From Patescibacteria group bacterium (GTDB lineage Bacteria; Patescibacteriota; JACPGU01), in assembly GCA_022703645.1 (NCBI GenBank), contig JAKLDG010000001.1, positions 797,254 through 861,253 of the forward strand: a stretch of 64,000 nucleotides of DNA, in the 5' to 3' direction. Below, piece by piece: positions 19,980-29,700 of the stretch. Within the stretch, counting starts at the first letter, position 1. The number at the start of each line of letters is the position of its first letter. Both the position numbers and the translations under genes were made by a program. The notes below the pieces were generated by a model. It worked only from the letters and a program-made list of their open reading frames with translations, made no database searches and was not told where the DNA came from.

Positions 19980-21362
19980 ATGAATGATAATGCAAAAAGC
20001 GGCCTGTTCTGTTGTTTACTGCCGGCAATTTTATACATTGCTATTATAGTAATGCTGTTGGCTTTTTTATTATCAATACTTTCCCGCTCCGGCGGGCCTT
20101 GTTCTGGTGTAAAAAGTTTTCTCTTCAATGTCGTTTTGACGGGTAATTCACAAGAAGCGAAAGATGCTCTCTGCGGAGCATCAAAAGAAGCTTTTGGCGC
20201 GCCACCGGATGCAGCCGCTGGTGCATATATTTATGATGGTGGAAACACATCAAGCTGCAGTAGCACAGGATTAATTAATACATCTCGCTACATTAATGAC
20301 CCAAATCTTCCAGGCTGGATAAAAGACGCGTCTGATAAATATTTTGGGGGCGACCAAGCATTATTAATTTCTATTATTCAGGTAGAGTCGGGCTGGAAAC
20401 CAAATGCATATAACCCTTCTTCCGCTACAGGACTGGGACAATTTTTGACAAGCACTGCACAAAACAGAAAATGGGTTGAATTCCATGGTGGTACTGACCC
20501 ACAAGGCAAGACTTGGCCATTCGGAACTATTTATACCGACAAACCACCACCTTCTAATGACGCAAGGTTTGATCCTGAAAGATCTTTATATGCTGGCGCA
20601 AGGTATTTCTCTGAAACAATGGGATACCCAGACCTACAAGGTTTTAAAGATTGTAAAGGTGCTACGGGAATTCAATTAGCTTATTGCGCATATATTTATC
20701 ATTATAATGGAGGATGTTATTTAAAACCCGGATCATCGACATATTCTGCCACCCAAAAAGACCTCTGCACAGCCGCAGTGAAGGCTGGTAATGAAATGAA
20801 AACTAATTATGCAAATCTTACTAGTAAAGGTCAGTGTGTTGCAATCGCAGGAGCACTTGCTGATGGCCCTATCGGACCACTTGTTTCCGGAAAATGCAGT
20901 GAAAGAATAATGTCCGAAGCTCAAAAATATATTGGGATACCATATAGCCAAGGCAAACCTACTGGTTCACCAAATGGACATTGCGGAACAAATTCGAATG
21001 GTCGCGAAGGGGTGGGCTCTTTGGGAATTGATTGCTCTGGTTTTGTAAGTAGAGTATATAGGGATTCAGGAATATTCCCAGAAAACAAAAGAGGGTTGTG
21101 GTGTAATACTACAGCAACATTGCCAGGTAACTCACTTTTACGTAGATTATCCGGTCCCAAGGAGCTAAAAACTGGTGATCTAATTGTTTCTCCTGGACAC
21201 GTTGTAATATTTATTTCAACAAACACTGATGGTTCAGCAAGGATCATTGAATCAGGTGGTAGTGACCCTGGAGGTGGAAGTGTAAGAATTACAACTAGAA
21301 GTAAGGTTAAGGCCTTTGATATCAAAAGAAATGTATATCTCCGAGCGCAGGCCTGTGAATAA
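19980..21362 (+). CDS. Bifunctional cell-wall hydrolase: lytic transglycosylase (SLT) domain plus C-terminal NlpC/P60 peptidase domain, N-terminal TM (VirB1/PrgK-like)
   Basis: SLT motif LISIIQVESGWKPNAYNPSSATGLGQF. NlpC/P60 catalytic Cys context IDCSGFVSRVY with downstream GDLIVSPGHVVIFI. Confidence 0.65.
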   Translation: MNDNAKSGLFCCLLPAILYIAIIVMLLAFLLSILSRSGGPCSGVKSFLFNVVLTGNSQEAKDALCGASKEAFGAPPDAAAGAYIYDGGNTSSCSSTGLINTSRYINDPNLPGWIKDASDKYFGGDQALLISIIQVESGWKPNAYNPSSATGLGQFLTSTAQNRKWVEFHGGTDPQGKTWPFGTIYTDKPPPSNDARFDPERSLYAGARYFSETMGYPDLQGFKDCKGATGIQLAYCAYIYHYNGGCYLKPGSSTYSATQKDLCTAAVKAGNEMKTNYANLTSKGQCVAIAGALADGPIGPLVSGKCSERIMSEAQKYIGIPYSQGKPTGSPNGHCGTNSNGREGVGSLGIDCSGFVSRVYRDSGIFPENKRGLWCNTTATLPGNSLLRRLSGPKELKTGDLIVSPGHVVIFISTNTDGSARIIESGGSDPGGGSVRITTRSKVKAFDIKRNVYLRAQACE

Positions 21363-21417
21363 AAAATAGGGAGTCGAATTGCGGCTCCCTATCCTATTGA
21401 ACTGTAAATTTAATTTT

Positions 21418-21975
21418 TCAACCAGCCCCCTCTCCACATCTCTCATAAGGGGTTTGCTTAATAAGATTTCCCGAGAAATCTCTTACCACATTTCTTCCTT
21501 TGTACAAAACTTGATTAGGGCACTTTCTGCTATTATCCACGATTTGATCAATCACTTTGTATGAAAAAAATTTACCCTTAAGTATAGGCAATGTGTCGAT
21601 ATTACTATTCTCGATCGTTTTAATCTTCTTGGCTCCAATATTATAGATAACAATAATTGTTGTCATAAGATCATCATTGCTATCGAGACCATCAAAAATA
21701 AAATTCTTACCATTGGGTGACCATAAAATATTCGCTGTGCTTTGGATTATAAAACGGCTATCCTTTTTGAACTTTGCAGCAACTTTAAATTTGCTATTTT
21801 TGACTGCAAGTTCTTTTACGCCAATATAACAGTAGTCACTCGGCTCACAGAAAACCGCGACCATCCACATCCCATTGGGAGATAGAAACTCAGATATTTT
21901 TTTTGCAGCCTGCACATCAGTTGATCTCAACATCAATGCAAATATAAAGAACATTATCGCAACAGTTTTTTTCAT
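21418..21975 (-). CDS. Secreted protein with PD40-like motif (paralog 1 of 3)
   Basis: Signal peptide MKKTVAIMFFIFALMLRSTDVQA; WSPNGKNFIF motif. Confidence 0.5.
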   Translation of the reverse strand: MKKTVAIMFFIFALMLRSTDVQAAKKISEFLSPNGMWMVAVFCEPSDYCYIGVKELAVKNSKFKVAAKFKKDSRFIIQSTANILWSPNGKNFIFDGLDSNDDLMTTIIVIYNIGAKKIKTIENSNIDTLPILKGKFFSYKVIDQIVDNSRKCPNQVLYKGRNVVRDFSGNLIKQTPYERCGEGAG

Positions 21976-22070
21976 AGTCAGTCTCCTCTTTTCTCTGGTT
22001 TTTTAAAACTACTGCTTTATTTTTGAATTTTCTTTTTGAAAAAGAAAATGTAATAAAAAGCTATAAAATA

Positions 22071-22099
22071 ATAATACCATATTTGGCTAAATATCGCAA
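22071..22099 (-). promoter_or_regulatory. Sigma70-like promoter (TTGCGA-17-TATTAT on minus strand) with palindromic operator ATATTTAGCCAAATAT in the spacer
   Basis: rc reads TTGCGAtatttagccaaatatggTATTAT. The whole ~110-bp upstream region is duplicated (~75% identity) at 23525-23650. Confidence 0.5.
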
Positions 22100-22174
22100 T
22101 TATTACCCTATTCATGAAATAATAGAGAGCCCGTGAGGACTCCCTAAAATTTTGATTTAAAAAAACTTTGTTAC

Positions 22175-22858
22175 TCAATTCCCTTCTGAATCATATTCTG
22201 ACGCATACTCAACCTTTTCGAATACCTTGATCGCACGCTTCGAAATCTGTCTTCCTTCAAATGAGAACTCATACATAATCGCGTCATAAAACGTTGTGTT
22301 TGCGCCATCGCTAAAGCCGCCATCGACCCCAGATTGGTAGTCTTGAATGCATATAGAGAAAGAGTTTTTGTGCATAAAAATCTTTCCCTCGGGATTATAT
22401 GACACATCACCTTTTTTATCAGGAGCACAAAATCCCTCATGACTGCCGGGAGAGATAATGCTCTTTCCGAATACTCCTCCTTTTTCAGTGTCATACAAAG
22501 TTACATTTGAGTCATGGAGTGGAGTCCCGACTTTCAGAAAGACAAAATATCTACTGTCAGCTGACCATACTGGTTTACCAATAAACAGGGTGTGGTACTT
22601 CGCATATTCCTTTTTTTTGTCAAAGAAATATCCATCGGTTATAAGATAACTTTGCCCATTCATCTTCATATGAAAAGTACAGACAGTCTTATATTGAATA
22701 GTATTATTGGCAGCGCATACACTCTTTTCATAAGCTTCTTTGCAGTTGTGAACAGCTTTTTTCTTCCCGTCCGGTGAGGGATAAGAAGAGTTTGTGGCTC
22801 TTGCAATCCCTCCAAAAATAATCGACAGCACCACAGCAAACAAAATAATTCTTTTCAT
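22175..22858 (-). CDS. Secreted protein with PD40-like motif (paralog 2 of 3)
   Basis: Signal peptide MKRIILFAVVLSIIFGGIARA; WSADSRYFVFL...LYD motif; 28-bp spacing to the upstream paralog (operon). Confidence 0.5.
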   Translation of the reverse strand: MKRIILFAVVLSIIFGGIARATNSSYPSPDGKKKAVHNCKEAYEKSVCAANNTIQYKTVCTFHMKMNGQSYLITDGYFFDKKKEYAKYHTLFIGKPVWSADSRYFVFLKVGTPLHDSNVTLYDTEKGGVFGKSIISPGSHEGFCAPDKKGDVSYNPEGKIFMHKNSFSICIQDYQSGVDGGFSDGANTTFYDAIMYEFSFEGRQISKRAIKVFEKVEYASEYDSEGN

Positions 22859-22886
22859 TTCACTTTCTCCTTTTTGGATTTTTTTC

Positions 22887-23513
22887 TTACGGACAGTTTT
22901 CTATCGCAATATCCGCGCGAACCGTATGTTCTCTTTCTTTCCAAGATACTTTCTTTCCAGTTGCAAGATTTATTTGGAATTTTGTCGCTTTCCACCCGCT
23001 CTCACAATCAGCTTCACCCATTAGTGATAAGTGAAAATAGGTAAGCAATCCATCAGAAAAACGAACAAAACCCGGATAAGGAACGAATGATTTTTCTTTC
23101 GCTTTCGAAAGATATTTCTCGGAAATAAATCCAATGGTGTTGTCTACCACAGGATCATTATTGTTGAATGTATCCACTATCTTCCCGCTGCCGGTTTTCA
23201 AATCATAGAGAAAAAGATATGCTTCCCGAGAATTTTCCGATCCTGCTATGGCGATATAGCGTCCGCCCGGATCCCATGTAACTTCTGATCTTGGAACGCT
23301 TTCACCGGAAATACTAAATATCTGTTTTCTTGATTTTTGTGTTACGTTTCGAAGATAGTACCGACATGACCACGAACTTTCCCACGAGCCAGAACACTCC
23401 TTGTTTACCATAGCGCCACTTTTACTGACGTAATCTTTGTTGTCTTTTTCGGCCATGGCGTAAACCCCAAAAAAGAAAGCAAACAGAAAAACAAACCCGC
23501 AAATCCTTTTCAT
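22887..23513 (-). CDS. Secreted protein with PD40-like motif (paralog 3 of 3)
   Basis: Start moved to MKRICGFVFLFAFFFGVYAMA (rc of 23511-23513), preceded by a gggggaagga SD. WDPGGRYIAIAG...LYD motif. Confidence 0.5.
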   Translation of the reverse strand: MKRICGFVFLFAFFFGVYAMAEKDNKDYVSKSGAMVNKECSGSWESSWSCRYYLRNVTQKSRKQIFSISGESVPRSEVTWDPGGRYIAIAGSENSREAYLFLYDLKTGSGKIVDTFNNNDPVVDNTIGFISEKYLSKAKEKSFVPYPGFVRFSDGLLTYFHLSLMGEADCESGWKATKFQINLATGKKVSWKEREHTVRADIAIENCP

Positions 23514-23609
23514 TTCCTTCCCCCTTTTTTTTAATTTATTTTTTAAAACTGCTGCTTTTTTAATAACCTTTTCCACAAAAAAATAAATAAGTAAAAAGCT
23601 ATCGAACCA

Positions 23610-23638
23610 ATTATATTATATTTGGCTAAATATAGCAA
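23610..23638 (-). promoter_or_regulatory. Second copy of the sigma70-like promoter (TTGCTA-17-TATAAT) with the same palindromic operator ATATTTAGCCAAATAT
   Basis: rc reads TTGCTAtatttagccaaatataaTATAAT, with the same geometry as the 22071-22099 copy. Confidence 0.5.
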
Positions 23639-23786
23639 CATTTTTCTCGTTTAAAAAAAATAAATTTTATTAAAAAAACGCTAAAAAGCTACTTACATTG
23701 TGCCGGGTTTTTGGATACAATGAATATGGACAAGTGCGTCTATCTATTTTTGCGTATAAAAATATATTTTATTTATTTATAATTTT

Positions 23787-26700
23787 TTGTTCATGCCTGA
23801 AAAAGAAGAAAACCAAAACAAAAGCCAGACATCAAAAACTCCTGAAGCTGAAAAAGCTGCGTCATCAAACGCACTCCAAAAACAAGCGAGTGGTTCTTCT
23901 GGCGCAAATACCGGCATACCAACAGTCGGCAAAACAGCGAATAGCCCAACTGGGGGAATTGCTTCGAGTGGATCTGCGGGGGGAAGGGCTGGTGGTGCAA
24001 TTGGTGGTAATGCAGGGAAAGCAGTTGGCGGGGCGGCAGGAAAAGCCGGAGGAGGACCAGCTGGCGATGTACAAGATTATGCAAAAGGTGCAAAGGCCGC
24101 TGGGAAAGCAGCAATGGAAGGCGCAACAACCCCCGAAGATGAGGAAGCAATGGGAAGAGCCGCAGCCAAAGCAGCTGCTACAGCAGTAGCCGGAACGGCA
24201 GGAACAAAAGCACTAGAAACGGCTGAAAAAGTCCCGATCGCTGGAGAGCAACTGAAGAAAATATACAGTAAAGCAGGTAAGACAATATCGACCTCAATTA
24301 AAGTTATATCCTTTCTTATACTTCTGATTTTTGGCATGACTGCCATTATATTCTTTGCAATTATAAGCAGCATCAATAATGGATCAACCGGACAGACTGC
24401 GCCACAGAAAGCTGATCTCAATAACCCAACTCAGCGATCTGCCCTACATATTGTCCAAGCTTACACAGGTGATCAAGATATGAAAAGAGAAGCTGTTAAT
24501 GATATTTCCGAAGGGTTGATGACTAAAATTAGTACTGTTAAAGGAATACAAAACGCTGTTCCCATCAACCTTCCTTCAACAGTTTATGCAGAATCAGAAA
24601 GCGATGTTGATGAAACAGGCATTGACATTAAAGAAGACGGAACAAGTAACATACCAAGCAATGAGGTGAATCTAGATGAACAGGTTATTGATGAAACGAC
24701 TCAAGATTTACAATCTACTATTTTAGCCCTTAATACGGCTGACGATCAGAGCCCAGCAGGCATTACAGCTTTGAAAACAAAAGTTCAAGTATGGAAAAAC
24801 AGCCTCAGCGAAAGCGAAAAGACAAAATATAAAAACGAAATAGAAGAAATTGATAAAGATATCGGGCGCCTAACGGTTATAGCTTCCATAGGATCAACCG
24901 CAAAGTTAGTAATACCGGCAGCAGACCTGGCTTATATTAGAAATAATGAGGTTGATATTCGAGTAGTCCAAGCTTTAAATTATCTTGTTACCCCAAGAAA
25001 TCTCGGTGGAGCAGGATACAGAAAGATTAAGGTTAGGAGAATAAAAAGCCAGTACGACAGCAATAAAAGAAAGTTTGACCGAGAATGGTATGAGCCAGAA
25101 GATGCGGAGGAAGTTGTCAGCGCCCATTTCGAGGGACAGGCTTTTGATATATCAGGAATTGACTATGCTGAAAGAAGACTCTACAAAAAAAGAGTTATAA
25201 AGAAGATGAGTAAAACAGAACCTCGCCCGCCAGTTGATATTATGGTTGTTGACCAATCAACAAAACTTGGTAAGTCTGATGCTTTCGGAACATCGAACAG
25301 CAGCACTGGAAACACATTTGGAACGCTTTTTGAAAATCAAGCCTTGAGCGAACTATATTCAACAATCGCAGAAAACACCGGCTACGATTTCTCTCAATAC
25401 GACATCCGTGGCAGTAATCTGAATGATGCTGTGAAAACTATTGGTATTGTGGCTCTTGGCGAAGAACTTGGAATAAAAATTGATCCAATTCAAGATAATT
25501 CTTCATCAGAAAAATTCTTTTCTAATCTGGGAGGAAATCTAGTTTCAAGCTGCCTTGATATACCCGAAAGCGCTCTTAACATAGATAATCCTGAAGAAAT
25601 AACCAGCAACATAGGAAGGGAAACGATTGCCCAAAGAATGAAAATAGAAGCGCTATCTTTAAGTGGAAATACCTCTGCGGAGATACTTGAAAGTGTCGGC
25701 AAGAGAAAAATTGAAAAAAATCTAGGGATAAGAATTGGCTCACTAAACTATATGAGCGCAAACGATACGATCTTTGCTTACATTGGGCAAGTTATTGTAG
25801 AACAAACTCTTAATCTTGCAGGTGGTACATTTGCTGGCAACAACATTGACTCTATCAAGGAAAAAATTGGTGGTGATAGTTTTAATAGTATTTTTGCTAA
25901 TGATCCGGGGCAAATAGATGCTATTTTGAGCTTACCAATAGATGATGGCGACACTCAAAAACTCTTGGATAAAGAAGAGTCCCCTATTCAATATAAAGAA
26001 AAAATTGGCAGAGTTATTATCCAAGCAAAAGTATCGAATTATAAAAACCACAATACTGTCGGAGAAATAAAAAAAGTCAGTAGTGATAATATATTTGGTC
26101 GGTGCGGAGGAATGTTTAACCGAAACGCAAATCTTATTTCTTCTGAAAATGATTGTTACCTAATGCAAACAAGTAATACCCAGCAAAACCAACAAGATGA
26201 GGCTTTTGATATCCCAGAAGGTAGCGCCGCAAGATTGTTCCCAGAAAATGGAAGGTCGGATTTTCAAACTTTTCATGATATTGGGGTTGATGAGGTGGCG
26301 AAAAGACTAACTGATATCGAGGAAGAAAGACAAGAAATAAGAATGTGGTTAACTGAATATAAAGACAAACAGCTTGGAGAACTAACCTTCCTGCGCATCA
26401 GTGATGTTTTGGACAATATCACGGATCTTGAGAAAAAAATAAAGATTATCAGAGACAAAGGAGAAAAAACCACACAAGAAGAAAAAGATAACCTAAGTGA
26501 TTATACTTCACGACTGGAAAAGATTTCATGGGTAAGAAGCGCGGTCAGTCTGTCCAGCCCCAGTAGCATAGATGCTCTTCAGATTACTCTCGCCAAAAAT
26601 ATTGAGGAAGGAATCGATGGCGAAAATGCCTCAGAAATTCAGGCAAATCTCGATGGTTTCAATAGAGCACTGAATAAATATGAAATCTACAAGAAACAAT

Positions 26701-29700
26701 TATTTAATGACTATACTGAAGAAAAAAAACAAAGCCAGTTAGAAATGGCGAATTTTGCTGCTAATTTAATATTATTAGGAGGAAAGTTAACTGATGGAAA
26801 ATGGACATTTGGCAATTCGGATTTATTCACGGTAATTACAGAGGACCCATTGAACCAGTTGCTTGGATTACCAAATAACTCAGTATCAAAAATATTCAGA
26901 ACGGACAGCGGGTCAGATGTTTTTTATACTGTCGGAGAAAATAAAATTGAAGATGCAGATTACAAGCAAAATAATAACTACAAATCACGGGCGCTATCTC
27001 GGATGCAATTTCTTGAAACCCAAATAGATGCTAGTAATAAGAAAATTGAGGAACTAAAAAAAATAATGGGGCAGGATGCCAGCAGCCAAATTAAAATGTA
27101 TGAAAATAGTATTGCGGTTCTGCAGGATCAAGAAGCCATGGAGCAGGCAAACGCGCTAAGAGATAATAGCACCGCCGAAGAAATGGCAACCAAGAGAAAG
27201 AAAAGCGAATCTCTTGGAATAAAATGTTCCGATCTAAATATAAAAGATATTCTCAACGACCCCTCAAATCAAATCATAAAAATTGGCGCGAGTAAATTAG
27301 AGTCTTCATTGGAATTGCCGAGCGGTTCATTGGCAAACCAAGCAACAAATAGTGAAGAAGAATATCCTATTGATTACATTCCTGAACCAGAAGTGAGTCC
27401 TTCGGCGACAACTAAAGCACAGGGTAGTTTATTTGATAGTTCGGGTATTGGAGCTGCAAAAATAGAGGAGATACTCGAAATGCCAAGTGGGATTTTTGTC
27501 GGCACTGAATTATCGGAACTAATATATAACCTTGGTGGGGAAGAGACGCTATACAAATATTTCGCTCCAGATAATAGCTATGAAGAAATCCAAACCCAAC
27601 TGCCAATCAGCGCAACAAGCGAAGAATGGTTCCGTTCGATTTTCAAAAATACCGACGCAAAGTTAGGAATTGATGAGGGTTCAACATATGATCTTTTTGT
27701 TGAAGCTTTAACCCCAAATGAATATGCTGCTATAGTTGGCAAAAGCCATCTTGAAGGAGAAGGCCGAGATATAATTTCAAAAGAATTAAATTTAAATATC
27801 GGTGGATATGGAATTGGTTATGATGACATACAAAGCCTCTTAAAGGGCGATTATATAGGGGTTGCTCTAAAGCTTGGAGCGAAGACAATGGATGAGGGAA
27901 TGGATCTGCCTGAGGGAACAACAGACGGTTTGATTGACGATCCAGGCGCTGATTGCACCATCCAAAATGATGAGACAGGAACTATAGATAGTTGTATCTC
28001 TGGTATTCTTGAGGCGAGCGGAAAAGAAAAGCTTGCTGAGTATATGCACGTATACTCCCAAGCTACAATATCTGATAATACATCCGAAAACCTCGGACAA
28101 ACAAAAATTGAGGAAACATTAAATGAGATTCATCCTAACCCCGATCTCCCGCAAGGCTGGCTATCGGGCGCGAATTTGACTCAGGTAGTCGAAAATATCG
28201 CGCGCCTCAACAACGACAACCTGATGAAAAACATGGCTAAATATGATGCACAAACAATGAAGGATTCTGAAAATGCCATGTTACAAAAATTTGGATTTGA
28301 TCTGGAAGATACGACACAAAACACAGTAAAATCTCTACAAAAAAATGGCTTTGCATTAAATTCGCCTGCTTATATCGTCGCTAAAACGCTGGACGAACAA
28401 TTGAAAATTCCAGTCGGAACAACAGCGCAACTTTTCCAGGGGAAAATGACCTTGAAGAAATTCAAGAATATTGTTTATAAGAAATACTCTCAAAATGAGG
28501 TTAAGACTTTTATTTATGGTAAGCTATTTGATGACGAAACTATCAGCACCATGGAAAAACTTGGTATTAGCCAGGATTCGGTATTGGAATTTGCCACTGA
28601 TTTGGCAAACGGTGGTACAAAAACAAAGGATATGTTGGAGGCAAATAAAGATAAGATAACTGGAATTCTTTCACAGGGCAACGGTAGTGACGCATGGGGA
28701 GAAATGACAATTGAAAGCAGGCTTGACCCTGGAAAAAAATTGAAAAGCGGATGGTTTGCTGGCAGTACACTTCAAGATGTAAAACTCAATATTGCCGCAT
28801 TGATGAATGCGCCAGAAACCCTGCCAGCTGGTCTTACTTGGGACACATGGAGAAAAACCCTGGTAGCCAATACTGCCAGCTGGATGACATCAGCAGAAAA
28901 AAATCTCTTGGCAGCCTTCCAGATTACTGACGGTCAATTCCAAAACCTGAAAGCAATAAAAGACTTTGATTTTACGACAAGCGAAGGAAAACAATCATCA
29001 GCCTATAATGCTTTCTTGGCAGACGATTCATATTTCAGCTTGAAACCCGAAACAACATTGAAACTTTTTAAGGGAGAGATTAGTATTACAGACTACACAC
29101 ACAGAGTTCAAACTGCATACGCAACACACAAAGCAACTAGCGCAGCGGTCAAACAATTTCTACCGGAAAATGTTCAAGATGTTTTGAACCGGCATGGTTT
29201 ATCACCAGAAGATGTTGTTTACGGTATAAAAAATCCTGAAACCCTTTTTACCAAAGTCCTTATGACATCTATGTCAGAAAAAGAAATGGGAATATTGGTT
29301 GGTTTGGGTTCTGTTTTTGAAGGAACCAAATTCGGCGCAGGAATAGACCAAATAAAAGGAGAGTTTACCGATAATCTCGCTCAAAAGAAAATAGAACAAA
29401 CACTCGGTCTGATACCAGGAACATTTTCCAAAGACTCTTCACTCGAAGCGATAATGGAAGCTAATGGTGTCGCCAAATTTGCCGCAGCATTTCGAATTAA
29501 TACCAATTACAGCGAGTCGGAAGCCAACTTAAGAACTTTTTTGAAAAATTCTGTTTTTAGAAAAGATATTAATTCTCCTTATTGGAGTCAGACCACAAAT
29601 ATTTCGCGATCCACAACGGTAGATAATCTATTGGAAATATTAAACGTTGAAACGCCAAGAGGAAGCACAACTCCAACTAAAGCGCTACTACAAAAAGAAA

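Noticed and set aside
23698-24421. Several ORFs (23698..24189 +, 23791..24150 -, 23865..24074 -, 24077..24421 -) overlapping the 5' end of the giant gene
   Set aside because: They are artefacts of the locally GC-rich Gly/Ala-coding stretch, which lacks stops in several frames. The giant ORF is the coherent reading.
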